Source of the DNA: TPA_inf: Saccharomyces | Lineage: Eukaryota | DNA length: 64,000 bases | Direction of reading: 5' to 3' | Assembly: GCA_000146045.2 (NCBI GenBank) | Contig: BK006938.2 | Coordinates: 1,376,001 to 1,440,000, forward strand | Made by a program: the position numbers and the translations under genes | The notes under the pieces: model-generated | The model's input: the letters and a program-made list of their open reading frames with translations, nothing else | What the model was told of the DNA's origin: nothing | Database searches by the model: none | Part shown: positions 1 to 10,815 of the stretch, piece by piece | Layout of the letters: the number at the start of each line of letters is the position of its first letter | Position numbering within the stretch: position 1 is the stretch's first letter

Positions 1-3000
1 AAGATGAGCCTATTAACTCCACCAGAATGGGAGATTCAAGAAGGAGATGGCTGATAGCTGAAGGCGTGGAGCTAACTGACGACTCGCAAGGTGAGAGTGA
101 AGAAGATGATAGAGGTGTTTTCCGTGGTATTGAACATATATTTTCAAATGAGAATGAGCCTTTGTTTAGAGTTCATGACGAAATGCGTCATAGAAACCAT
201 CATCGCTCAATCAATCGTACCCATTTTCACTCTGCTATGAGCGCCCCCTCTTTAAGCTTATTAAATCGTGGAAGAAGAAACCAAAGCAACCTAATAAATC
301 CACTAGGGCCTACAGGATTGGAACAAGTGGAGAACGATATTTCAGATCAGGTGACTGTTGCTGGTTCAGGCTCTCGCCCAAGATCACATCATCTTCACTT
401 TTCGGAAGTTCTAGTCTCAGGCAGCTTTTTTGATGAACCTGTCTTAGATGGCATAATTTTAAAGTCTACGGTATCCAGATGGAAGGATATATTCGACATG
501 TTTTACGACTCTAAGACTTACGCTAACTGTATTATTCCTACTGTTATCAACAGATTATACAAGGTCAGTTTAGCTTTGCAAAAGGACTTGGAAAACAAAC
601 GTGAACAAGAGAAATTGAAAAATAAGAACCTACTATTCAACGAGGCTAAAGTAGAAAGCCATAACAGTTCTGATGCTATATCGGTAGAACAAGACGATAT
701 ACAAGAAAGCAATGTTACTCATGATGACCACGAGCCTGTATATGTTACTATTCAAGGTTCCGAGGTTGATATAGGTGGTACAGATATTGATCCAGAATTC
801 ATGAATGCATTGCCTGATGATATAAGAGCCGATGTCTTTGCACAACATGTTAGAGAAAGAAGAGCAGAAGCTAGGCTAAATTCTGATCATAACGTACACT
901 CCAGAGAAATCGATTCCGATTTTCTGGAAGCAATTCCTGAAGACATCAGAGAAGGAATATTGGATACTGAGGCAGAGGAACAGAGAATGTTTGGTAGAAT
1001 TGGCTCTTCGGCCGATGTGATTAGAGCAGACGACGACGTTAGCAACAATGACGAAGAAGTTGAAAACGGTTTGGATCATGGAAATAGTAATGATCGCAAT
1101 AACGCCGACCCTGAAAAGAAAAAACCGGCTAGAATATACTTTGCACCATTAATTGATCGTGCCGGGATTGCCTCATTGATGAAATCTGTGTTTATTTCGA
1201 AACCTTATATTCAGCGTGAAATTTATCATGAGCTTTTCTACCGTTTATGTTCTAGCAAACAAAATAGAAATGATTTGATGAATACATTTTTATTTATACT
1301 AAGTGAAGGTATCATAGATCAGCACTCTTTGGAAAAGGTTTATAACATTATTTCCAGCAGGGCAATGGGGCACGCAAAAACCACGACCGTTAGACAGTTA
1401 CCATCAGATTGTACCCCGCTAACAGTGGCTAATCAAACTATCGAAATTTTGCAAAGTCTAATTGACGCGGATTCTAGGCTAAAATACTTCCTGATTGCAG
1501 AACATGACAACCTGATAGTGAACAAAGCTAATAACAAATCTAGGAAAGAAGCCTTACCTGACAAAAAATTAAGATGGCCTTTATGGCATTTATTCTCACT
1601 TTTAGATAGAAAGCTCATTACAGACGAAAGCGTATTGATGGATTTGTTAACAAGAATATTACAAGTTTGTACTAAAACATTGGCTGTCCTTTCTACAAGT
1701 TCAAATGGTAAAGAAAATTTAAGCAAAAAGTTTCATTTACCTAGTTTTGATGAGGATGATCTCATGAAAATTTTATCCATCATTATGCTTGATAGTTGTA
1801 CTACAAGAGTATTTCAACAAACACTTAATATAATTTACAACCTCTCTAAATTACAAGGCTGTATGTCCATTTTCACGAAACATTTGGTATCTTTAGCTAT
1901 CAGCATAATGAGTAAATTAAAGAGTGCTCTCGATGGGCTATCACGTGAAGTAGGCACTATCACCACCGGAATGGAGATCAATTCAGAGCTGTTACAGAAA
2001 TTTACCCTTCCAAGTTCTGATCAAGCTAAATTATTGAAAATTTTAACTACGGTTGATTTTCTTTACACTCACAAAAGAAAAGAGGAAGAGCGCAACGTTA
2101 AAGACCTTCAATCTTTATATGATAAGATGAACGGCGGACCAGTGTGGTCCTCATTGAGTGAGTGCTTATCTCAATTTGAAAAGAGTCAAGCCATCAACAC
2201 TTCAGCCACAATCTTACTTCCGTTGATCGAATCACTTATGGTTGTATGCAGGCGTAGTGACTTAAGTCAAAATAGAAACACTGCAGTCAAATATGAAGAT
2301 GCTAAATTATTGGATTTTTCCAAAACACGTGTCGAAAACTTATTTTTCCCATTTACAGACGCACACAAGAAGTTGTTGAATCAAATGATTCGTTCAAATC
2401 CAAAACTGATGAGTGGTCCTTTCGCATTATTGGTCAAGAATCCAAAAGTTTTGGATTTTGACAACAAAAGATATTTCTTCAATGCCAAATTGAAGTCTGA
2501 TAATCAAGAGCGTCCTAAATTACCTATTACCGTTCGCCGTGAGCAGGTTTTCTTGGACTCTTATCGAGCCTTATTTTTCAAGACAAACGATGAAATCAAG
2601 AATTCTAAATTAGAGATAACATTCAAAGGAGAAAGTGGTGTCGATGCCGGTGGGGTAACCAGAGAATGGTACCAAGTACTATCGAGACAGATGTTCAACC
2701 CTGATTATGCTCTTTTTCTTCCTGTACCATCGGATAAAACTACTTTCCATCCTAATCGGACATCAGGTATCAACCCTGAGCACCTTTCTTTCTTTAAATT
2801 TATCGGGATGATTATAGGGAAAGCAATTAGAGACCAATGCTTTTTGGATTGCCATTTTAGTCGTGAAGTATACAAGAATATTTTGGGTAGGCCTGTATCA
2901 TTGAAGGATATGGAGTCTCTTGATCCAGATTATTATAAATCATTGGTGTGGATTCTTGAAAACGATATCACAGATATTATAGAGGAAACTTTTTCTGTTG

Positions 3001-3596
3001 AAACTGATGATTATGGTGAACATAAAGTTATCAATTTGATTGAGGGGGGCAAGGATATAATAGTTACAGAGGCCAATAAACAGGATTATGTGAAAAAGGT
3101 TGTCGAATATAAACTTCAGACATCTGTTAAGGAACAAATGGATAACTTTTTAGTGGGTTTCTATGCCCTTATATCCAAAGATCTCATTACAATATTTGAT
3201 GAGCAGGAATTGGAGTTATTAATCAGCGGTTTGCCTGATATTGATGTCGACGACTGGAAAAACAATACTACTTATGTTAATTACACCGCAACCTGTAAGG
3301 AAGTGAGTTATTTTTGGAGGGCAGTTAGATCCTTCGACGCTGAAGAACGTGCCAAGTTGTTGCAGTTTGTTACCGGTACTAGTAAAGTTCCTCTAAATGG
3401 GTTTAAGGAACTAAGCGGTGTCAACGGTGTTTGTAAATTTTCCATCCATCGTGATTTTGGTTCATCAGAAAGACTACCATCATCACATACCTGTTTCAAT
3501 CAACTGAATTTACCTCCTTATGAATCATATGAGACATTGCGTGGTTCACTATTATTGGCAATCAATGAAGGGCATGAAGGGTTTGGTCTTGCCTGA
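1..3596 (+). CDS. TOM1: C-terminal ~1190 codons of a giant HECT-domain E3 ubiquitin ligase. The gene starts upstream of the window; the reading frame begins at position 3. The catalytic HECT lobe sits at the extreme C-terminus (…HTCFNQLNLPPYESYETLRGSLLLAINEGHEGFGLA).
   Basis: Continuous ORF to the stop at 3596. HECT signature with catalytic Cys (HTCFN). Chromosomal position immediately before HEH2/PFA5 matches YDR457W. Confidence 0.85.
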   Translation, partial: DEPINSTRMGDSRRRWLIAEGVELTDDSQGESEEDDRGVFRGIEHIFSNENEPLFRVHDEMRHRNHHRSINRTHFHSAMSAPSLSLLNRGRRNQSNLINPLGPTGLEQVENDISDQVTVAGSGSRPRSHHLHFSEVLVSGSFFDEPVLDGIILKSTVSRWKDIFDMFYDSKTYANCIIPTVINRLYKVSLALQKDLENKREQEKLKNKNLLFNEAKVESHNSSDAISVEQDDIQESNVTHDDHEPVYVTIQGSEVDIGGTDIDPEFMNALPDDIRADVFAQHVRERRAEARLNSDHNVHSREIDSDFLEAIPEDIREGILDTEAEEQRMFGRIGSSADVIRADDDVSNNDEEVENGLDHGNSNDRNNADPEKKKPARIYFAPLIDRAGIASLMKSVFISKPYIQREIYHELFYRLCSSKQNRNDLMNTFLFILSEGIIDQHSLEKVYNIISSRAMGHAKTTTVRQLPSDCTPLTVANQTIEILQSLIDADSRLKYFLIAEHDNLIVNKANNKSRKEALPDKKLRWPLWHLFSLLDRKLITDESVLMDLLTRILQVCTKTLAVLSTSSNGKENLSKKFHLPSFDEDDLMKILSIIMLDSCTTRVFQQTLNIIYNLSKLQGCMSIFTKHLVSLAISIMSKLKSALDGLSREVGTITTGMEINSELLQKFTLPSSDQAKLLKILTTVDFLYTHKRKEEERNVKDLQSLYDKMNGGPVWSSLSECLSQFEKSQAINTSATILLPLIESLMVVCRRSDLSQNRNTAVKYEDAKLLDFSKTRVENLFFPFTDAHKKLLNQMIRSNPKLMSGPFALLVKNPKVLDFDNKRYFFNAKLKSDNQERPKLPITVRREQVFLDSYRALFFKTNDEIKNSKLEITFKGESGVDAGGVTREWYQVLSRQMFNPDYALFLPVPSDKTTFHPNRTSGINPEHLSFFKFIGMIIGKAIRDQCFLDCHFSREVYKNILGRPVSLKDMESLDPDYYKSLVWILENDITDIIEETFSVETDDYGEHKVINLIEGGKDIIVTEANKQDYVKKVVEYKLQTSVKEQMDNFLVGFYALISKDLITIFDEQELELLISGLPDIDVDDWKNNTTYVNYTATCKEVSYFWRAVRSFDAEERAKLLQFVTGTSKVPLNGFKELSGVNGVCKFSIHRDFGSSERLPSSHTCFNQLNLPPYESYETLRGSLLLAINEGHEGFGLA

Positions 3597-4054
3597 TCAT
3601 TTTTCGTGTAAATTTATAGCGCCATGTAACCAAGTATTTTAGAACGTCTTTTATTTAAACCTTTAACCATACAACACTTGCCCAAGGAAGAGGAACAGAA
3701 GGATTTTTTAATTTGTAAAAATGCGTTTAATCTTAACGAAACATAATACAGATTTCATGTGCATTTCGCCCTTTTTTTTTATGACAAGCAATATCTTCCA
3801 AAGTTTCTCAAAAAGGTATGATGTAAGATACAGTAAATGATATGTAAAAAAAGTACAAACTCCACTTATAAAACCATATTGAAACAGCGAATGGTTATAA
3901 TATTTTACATAAAGATTAATAGAATACACTTACCTAAGAAAAATATCCGTGAAAACAAATTACAAAATTAAAAGTCACTTATCACATTAGAAACTCAAAT
4001 ACGAAAACAAAACAAAGAAAAGTAACAAAAAGTGGTTTGAAGACGGAAATACGA

Positions 4055-6046
4055 TCATTCTTTCCATTCCCAACATGTCATGATCTCTCCATTTTCTTCA
4101 AGAAGATATAATTCTATATTCTCTGATTGCTCTTTCATGATTTTTTCTTTCGTTTGAGCCCATAGATTATTCTGTTCTTTTATATTTGGTATGTCGCTCA
4201 ATAAAGTAGCTCTTAGTTGAACTGTTGTCAGAAAAGGTTCTTCACCTTTGTTCTTCTTTACATCTTTCAATTTATCAATTGCCTCTTTTACCAATTTCTC
4301 AATTATCTGCTCTCCTTGAACGTAATTGTCAAGTGTCGATTGTATTTTTTTGATAAGGAAAAGGACGCCTAGGGTGATAAATAAAGAACCACCATATTTC
4401 GTTATATACTCCTGTATATCCCCTTCTAAATGACATTGCAACGTAACCCATTTTTTTGAAGTTGAACGATAAATATAGTTAGTGTTATTAGATTTAGATT
4501 TCTCTCTTTTTCCATTAGTTTCAAAATCTAATGGCAGCCAGATAATATCATCTTTTTTCTTTAATATTTCAAGCACATTTTTCCAATGATCATTGAATTC
4601 CCTTTGACTTTCCCATGACGGTCTAGAATGAGAGAATATATCATATAATTTGGTTTCCGTTTCACCACTCTCAAAGAGATTCTCTCCTTCACCACATTCA
4701 TGTTGTGCATTCTTCTTTTTAAGATATTCATTTACTTTCCAAACCAGTTCATCAACCTCCTTTTCTTTACTTTCATCTTTGGCACAATATTTTGGAAAAG
4801 GAATAATACCATACGTTTCTAAAATAGAACTTTTAGGCTCATAGCCTGGTTCACACTCAACATTCATAAAAGAAGAACATATTCCATGCTCAGGACATTC
4901 GAGACAATTTGGTCGATAAGCTTGCAACACTGAATCTACCCTTTCAGTCTGAGGGAAAGCTGAGATTGCAAGAGATTTCAGGGGCTTTTCATGACCGCAA
5001 TATCCTACTTGAATTCTCTGTTCTCGATACCAAAGACCAAAAAGAATAGGACATATTATTGAAAGGAAAATAGCACCATTCCATAACCAAATGAAGAGAT
5101 GTGCAATAAACGGTTTCATAATATCTATCCCTCTTTTAGTTTTGTTGGCAATGAAGTGCCTGGTGCGACCTTTTGGACTTCGTATATTTTTTTTCGACGA
5201 TAACCTACTAGTATCCTCTTCGTCTTGATTATCAAAAGTTTCTGATATTTTTGTTAGTTCTTCTTTTGCTTCCTTCACCTCAGGTTGGACTTCCAAATTG
5301 ATATTCTCCATCACCTCACTTTCATTTCTTGTTTCTGCTCCAGTTGAAGGACCAACAGGCTCTTCTGTTTCGATTCTGATAGACGATAAGTCCGTGGATT
5401 TTATAGAATGATCATAATTCTCCGTAGCTGCACTAGCTAACTCTTTATTTAGTTGAGCTAAAAATTCGTTTGATACTTTTAAATTCGGCAATTCTGGTTT
5501 TGGAAGCTCTTTTACCCTTGGTTTGTCATCCGAAGAATCTTTCTTATGAAGTTCTTCTACAGTTTCCAGTTCAGAAGTTAAATCAGCAGAAGTTGCTTTC
5601 CCATCTGACTTAGATTGTGGAGGAGACTCTGGTGGTTTATTGGCCTTACTAGATCTTTTCTTTCTTTTCTTTTTAGGAGACTTCTCTTCCTGTATTTGCA
5701 TCTTCGCTTCATTATCCGTACTAATTTGTTCCCTTTTCCTCTTGTTAGTTTCAACATTTTCATCTTTGACAGTTTTACTCTCACTAGAACTTGATTCAAG
5801 CTTTTTACTCTTTAATGTCTTTTTGCGATCTGCGTTTTTTGCCCCAGACTTCACAACCTTTTGAATGCTAGTTCTAACCTTTGAGGCCTCAGGTGAAGAT
5901 TGGAGACGTTGCCTCACTTTCTCCTCAAACAATTTCACCAAGACAGGCTTCCTAGCGTTGGCAGGGAACGCAACATCATTTTCTACCAAAACTCTTCTCA
6001 ATTGGCTGACCTTCAGCGTTTTCGGATCAAGGTTTCTGTGATCCAT
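4055..6046 (-). CDS. HEH2: Inner nuclear membrane protein of the HeH/LEM-domain family, 663 aa.
   Basis: N-terminal HeH/LEM-like helix (MDHRNLDPKTLKVSQLRRVLVENDVAFPANARKPVLVKLFEEK). Basic NLS-rich linker, two TM segments, C-terminal MSC-like domain. Length matches. Confidence 0.85.
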   Translation of the reverse strand: MDHRNLDPKTLKVSQLRRVLVENDVAFPANARKPVLVKLFEEKVRQRLQSSPEASKVRTSIQKVVKSGAKNADRKKTLKSKKLESSSSESKTVKDENVETNKRKREQISTDNEAKMQIQEEKSPKKKRKKRSSKANKPPESPPQSKSDGKATSADLTSELETVEELHKKDSSDDKPRVKELPKPELPNLKVSNEFLAQLNKELASAATENYDHSIKSTDLSSIRIETEEPVGPSTGAETRNESEVMENINLEVQPEVKEAKEELTKISETFDNQDEEDTSRLSSKKNIRSPKGRTRHFIANKTKRGIDIMKPFIAHLFIWLWNGAIFLSIICPILFGLWYREQRIQVGYCGHEKPLKSLAISAFPQTERVDSVLQAYRPNCLECPEHGICSSFMNVECEPGYEPKSSILETYGIIPFPKYCAKDESKEKEVDELVWKVNEYLKKKNAQHECGEGENLFESGETETKLYDIFSHSRPSWESQREFNDHWKNVLEILKKKDDIIWLPLDFETNGKREKSKSNNTNYIYRSTSKKWVTLQCHLEGDIQEYITKYGGSLFITLGVLFLIKKIQSTLDNYVQGEQIIEKLVKEAIDKLKDVKKNKGEEPFLTTVQLRATLLSDIPNIKEQNNLWAQTKEKIMKEQSENIELYLLEENGEIMTCWEWKE

Positions 6047-6318
6047 TGTCGATTAGTGAAGATAGGAAACTTCCTTTTCTACTATTATGTCCGTTAAAGT
6101 TCATCCTACCGTTTCTTTGCTGTTAAAATCTCTCTTCTTTTTTATTTTTTTCAAACTTATCTCTTACTATTTATGGAAGGACGATCAAGAAAATGTATAT
6201 ACTATCCCTTCCCCTACGCATACAGAATATATTAAAATGAATAGATAATAGAAACATATACCGATTGTAACATGAGTTTCGTCCCAGAATATAAATTGCT
6301 TGAAAAATTTAATACTAT

Positions 6319-7443
6319 TTAGTAAGCAGGATCACTATCGTCACCAGAAGCCCGCAATGTGGCCAGATATTCTCCTCTTGATATCTTGTCCTCAATGGCC
6401 TGAATGGTGTAGTCACTAAGAGTTTCTTCATAGGGACCCAATATTTCCACTAGCGTTGTTTTTGAACCGCTTTTGCCATCAGATTTGCATCGAGATGTAT
6501 AGGGCTTGCCTAAAGGAATTATCCACATAAGTATGTTAGAACCCATAAAGTCTTTTATATTAGCTAAGATTGACTTTTTGTCCCAGAAAGAGTGAAATTC
6601 AGATCTATCGAACTCTACCACAAACCTCAACTTGTTTGCTTCCGAGTAATAACAAAATATCTTCCTTGTTCCAAATTTTTTCCTTTTGCTATCTATGATA
6701 GCCTCCAAAGACGTCTTGTTTTGACTCATGTAAAAAATACTCGATGCCAACAAACTTGCGGTTAATAACCATCCAAGGATGGCAAACACTAACGTTGAAA
6801 TTATATTTGCGTTTAAATTGGGGCTATAATTATGATTGTGTTGAGTAATAATTCTTATGTAAACGCAAATAGACACCCACATGATAAGTAAAAGTGTTGA
6901 AAAATAAGCAGCAAACTGCACAAAGAGTCTATAATTGTCTCTACCAATAACAGTCCCTATCCACATGCAGTAATGATCAAAGCGAGGAATGCAGTGGCCT
7001 AGTTCTGAAGAATGATGCGTTCGTTCCATTTTCAGACTTTGACATTCACTGCACCATATTGGGTATCCGTGAGGATCAGACTGATAACACTTAGGCGGAA
7101 CCACAGCATCGTATTCCACTGAAGTGTTTTGAGAAGTGTTGCTAGTCTTCTCTTCAGAGGCTATAGGAAGGATCAAAAAAGGTGCTACGTGCGGTTGGGT
7201 ACCTGGACCGACCAAGATAACTATTTGAAGCCATATGAAAATCACGACTACGTCTAGGAAGCATACCGCACAAATAAGACCAACCGAAACTGATTTCTGA
7301 CGAAGTCGTTTGTCGACTTGCTCGTAACATAGTTTATGGCAGTAAGCCCACGTACCGTAGCACAGTAAACCGAGCACGATAATCGGTAAGATGAATCTAA
7401 ACCATGACCTGCGCCTGATTCGAATATTCCATGATAGAGCCAT
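6319..7443 (-). CDS. PFA5: Palmitoyltransferase of the DHHC family, 374 aa. The catalytic motif reads DHYC, not DHHC.
   Basis: Four TM helices flank a Cys-rich domain (CSECQSLK…HCIPRFDHYCMWIGTVIGRDNY). Length matches. Confidence 0.85.
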   Translation of the reverse strand: MALSWNIRIRRRSWFRFILPIIVLGLLCYGTWAYCHKLCYEQVDKRLRQKSVSVGLICAVCFLDVVVIFIWLQIVILVGPGTQPHVAPFLILPIASEEKTSNTSQNTSVEYDAVVPPKCYQSDPHGYPIWCSECQSLKMERTHHSSELGHCIPRFDHYCMWIGTVIGRDNYRLFVQFAAYFSTLLLIMWVSICVYIRIITQHNHNYSPNLNANIISTLVFAILGWLLTASLLASSIFYMSQNKTSLEAIIDSKRKKFGTRKIFCYYSEANKLRFVVEFDRSEFHSFWDKKSILANIKDFMGSNILMWIIPLGKPYTSRCKSDGKSGSKTTLVEILGPYEETLSDYTIQAIEDKISRGEYLATLRASGDDSDPAY

Positions 7444-7810
7444 TCATATACAACGGTTTAATTTCTGCCGTGTCGCGATGAAAGGACCTTAGCTAGGTTC
7501 TGAAAATATTACAACGGGCAGATATACGCCTAATTAGTTGTTTTGTTTGAGTGCTGTGTTTATGCTACTATTATTTAAAACGTAAATAGTGGAAAAAAAA
7601 ATCGACTAAATGGTCCAAATCGGGCCGTTCGCTCGTAAATTTGTTCTTAAGCACTAATACTAAAGAGAGTATACAACAGAACAGACGCACAAGACAGCAC
7701 TCATCATCAGCTAAGAAACTGAACTGCTTGTTAAAATTTGAGTTTGTTTCCTCTTAGGATTTGCAGCATTAGTGGGCCCCCGCACACAAGTAAATATAAG
7801 TGAAAGAAAA

Positions 7811-8776
7811 ATGCTTATGGATGAGTATGAGGAAAACAAGGACATGTGTCCGATCTGTAAGACAGATCGATACCTTTCTCCGGATGTGAAATTTTTGGTG
7901 AATCCTGAATGCTATCACAGGATCTGTGAGTCGTGTGTTGATCGAATATTTAGTCTCGGTCCTGCCCAGTGTCCATATAAAGGGTGTGACAAGATTCTTA
8001 GAAAGAATAAGTTCAAGACCCAAATATTCGATGATGTGGAAGTTGAGAAAGAAGTTGACATCAGGAAGAGAGTGTTCAATGTGTTCAACAAAACTATCGA
8101 TGACTTCAATGGTGACCTTGTGGAATATAACAAATATTTGGAAGAGGTGGAAGACATTATATACAAACTAGATCACGGGATCGATGTGGCTAAGACCGAG
8201 GAGAAACTACGCACCTACGAGGAATTAAACAAGCAACTGATTATGAATAACTTGGAGAGAAGCAGAACAGAGATAGAAAGTTTCGAACAGAGACAAAAAT
8301 TCGAAAAGGAGATGAAATTGAAGAAGCGACTGTTGGAAAGACAAATCGAAGAGGAGGAAAGAATGAACAAAGAGTGGACAAAGAAAGAAATCGTCAACCG
8401 GTTGAGTACGACCACCCAGGATATCAATGAAACAATCGAAGGCGTTAAAAATACGGTTAAATTGAAAAAATCGTCCGCTAGAAGGAAATTGGAAGAACTA
8501 AATAGAGTTCTGAAAAACAATCCATATTTCAATTCAAATGTGAACGTACAGAATTCGAGACTCAAAGATGCTGTACCGTTCACGCCGTTTAACGGTGATA
8601 GAGAAGCACACCCAAGGTTTACGTTGAAAGGTTCAGTATACAATGACCCATTCATCAAAGATCTTGAGCACAGGAAAGAATTTATTGCGTCTGGGTTCAA
8701 CACTAATTATGCGTACGAAAGGGTGTTGACAGAGGCATTTATGGGCTTAGGATGTGTTATATCCGAGGAGCTTTAA
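7811..8776 (+). CDS. TFB3: TFIIH/TFIIK subunit, MAT1 homolog, with an N-terminal C3HC4 RING finger, 321 aa.
   Basis: RING (CPICKTDRYLSPDVKFLVNPECYHRICESCVDRIF…CPYKGC) followed by a coiled-coil. The track ORF begins 13 codons upstream at 7772; the start was chosen at MLMDEYEENKD to give the known 321-aa length. Confidence 0.8.
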   Translation: MLMDEYEENKDMCPICKTDRYLSPDVKFLVNPECYHRICESCVDRIFSLGPAQCPYKGCDKILRKNKFKTQIFDDVEVEKEVDIRKRVFNVFNKTIDDFNGDLVEYNKYLEEVEDIIYKLDHGIDVAKTEEKLRTYEELNKQLIMNNLERSRTEIESFEQRQKFEKEMKLKKRLLERQIEEEERMNKEWTKKEIVNRLSTTTQDINETIEGVKNTVKLKKSSARRKLEELNRVLKNNPYFNSNVNVQNSRLKDAVPFTPFNGDREAHPRFTLKGSVYNDPFIKDLEHRKEFIASGFNTNYAYERVLTEAFMGLGCVISEEL

Positions 8777-8942
8777 AACATCAGGATAGTGTGCAACGTG
8801 GCATAAGCTATGTAATCAACTACTTTTTATTTTCTATGTACGCATATACATGCATTCACGATCTGTTTCAGTGTTCAGAAAAAAGGCACCTACTGCTACG
8901 GTTGGCCCATACCTTTATTCTTTGTTCTTGTTACAAACGAGT

Positions 8943-8972
8943 GTGTAATTACCCAAAAAGGAAATTTACATG
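8943..8972. promoter_or_regulatory. alpha2-Mcm1 a-specific-gene operator. alpha2 half-sites (TGTAATT / AATTTACATG) flank an Mcm1 P-box (CCCAAAAAGG).
   Basis: Sequence GTGTAATTACCCAAAAAGGAAATTTACATG is a near-perfect match to the 31-bp asg operator consensus. It lies ~205-235 bp upstream of the MFA1 ATG. Confidence 0.8.
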
Positions 8973-9086
8973 TTAAATGAAACCCAGTAATCAGAAAAAA
9001 CAGTTAAGAAACCTAAAATGGTAGAGATAAAGATACAGATTCAGTGGTTGCTGAAAATCAAGTAAAAAAATGAAATAGAGTCTTCA

Positions 9087-9094
9087 TATATAAA
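9087..9094 (+). promoter_or_regulatory. TATA box (TATATAAA) of MFA1.
   Basis: Canonical TATA ~85 bp upstream of the MFA1 ATG and downstream of the operator. Confidence 0.6.
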
Positions 9095-9175
9095 CCGCCA
9101 GAAATGAATTAATGAGAGGGATCTGTAACTGTTTCTCGGATAAAACCAAAATAAGTACAAAGCCATCGAATAGAA

Positions 9176-9286
9176 ATGCAACCATCTACCGCTACCGCCG
9201 CTCCAAAAGAAAAGACCAGCAGTGAAAAGAAGGACAACTATATTATCAAAGGTGTCTTCTGGGACCCAGCATGTGTTATTGCTTAG
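9176..9286 (+). CDS. MFA1: Mating pheromone a-factor precursor, 36 aa, with a C-terminal CAAX box (CVIA) for farnesylation.
   Basis: ATG CAA CCA TCT ACC GCT… translates to MQPSTATAAPKEKTSSEKKDNYIIKGVFWDPACVIA*. It is below the 60-aa cutoff of the ORF track. It follows the asg operator and TATA box. Confidence 0.9.
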   Translation: MQPSTATAAPKEKTSSEKKDNYIIKGVFWDPACVIA

Positions 9287-9471
9287 TTTCTGCGTACAAA
9301 AACGTTGTTCTCCCTCCTTTATCTTCCTTTTCCGCTACACCAATATATCATGTTTGTTCGTAATATTTCTTTTTAGACCTAATAATAAATATCCTAAGTA
9401 ACTATATTATATAAAATATTTTGATACCCTGTACCTGCTTTTGTTATCGTTGTACATCCATGCACACGCTC

Positions 9472-9472
9472 A

Positions 9473-9497
<25 letters not shown>
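9472..9497. repeat. (AT)13 dinucleotide microsatellite, continuing imperfectly to ~9510.
   Basis: Perfect alternating AT run read directly, in the MFA1-MRPL28 intergenic region. Confidence 0.95.
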
Positions 9498-9503
<6 letters not shown>

Positions 9504-9523
9504 GTACATATACCGCTTACCAC

Positions 9524-9766
9524 CTACCGTGAAGTATATGTAAGGGTCTTCGCACCCGGATATCCCTTGTGGGATCTTGGATGCGGATGGTGAGTGTAAA
9601 CAGGCCTCATAAAGCTGTCTCTGTGTGCGGAAGATGTCGTTTCATCGGCTTCGACCTCCTCCTTATCTTGCTTCATTGTTTCTTCGTAAGAGGGCGGATC
9701 TACGGGCAGCGGGGTCGCTGTCTCCTTGTATGCATGCTTATTTATATCACTCTTTCCGCTATCCAT
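9524..9766 (-). CDS. YDR461C-A: Small conserved-looking ORF of 80/81 aa, likely the short uncharacterised ORF annotated in this interval. It carries a PPSY (PY-type) motif and an acidic stretch.
   Basis: Intact 81-codon ORF with a tandem Met start (MMDSGKSD…). No other support from sequence alone. Confidence 0.4.
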
Positions 9767-10069
9767 CATAATCTGTTTTTGTTTATGTGCTTTGAATACT
9801 CAACACATAAAATAATATCCAGTTAATTGTCGTCTGTCCATTGACGCTTTGCCTTTGTCCCTTTAGACTGTCTTTATTGTGAAATATGCACGGCTGAGAA
9901 TTACGTATACAGTGACTATCGTATGGGGCGACAAAAGTTCCCAGCGAGAAACAAGATGAAGCAGACTGGGGCCTGCCTGTATGGAGGGAAGCATAAGTTA
10001 ATATACCTCCAGATATTTGCAGATTAGGATACTGAACTGACGAAGACCTACGCTACACAACGAAGATAA

Positions 10070-10516
<447 letters not shown>

Positions 10517-10815
10517 TAGCGTGAGCGAACGCTTGACTGTCTCCTGCTGTAAATAACTGATGATCAATAGAATGCCACGTATATATGGACTTATATAATT
10601 ATATGTACATAGACATATAAAGGGCATGTGGTAATTATGACATGAACTGTATCACTATTGACGTTTTTTTTACTGCTTTTTCCCATCCCTGCAAGCGAAA
10701 AAAAAAGCAAGCTGACTCTTGTATAAACTGCAAGGACTCATTGATTAAAAGTAGATTTACATTACAGACTAAAGGAAAAGGCAAACTATACCGGCTATAC
10801 CACATTCGTTCAAAA

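Noticed and set aside
7772-7810. Upstream in-frame ATG extensions shown by the ORF track for TFB3, STP1 (10642), PRP3 (29872), YDR476C (35286), SNF1 (36346), DIG2 (41303), VPS72 (51252), VPS60 (52261) and PKH1 (58304).
   Set aside because: The downstream Met reproduces the known protein lengths and N-termini. The extensions are short, often hydrophobic or low-complexity, and lie in promoter DNA.
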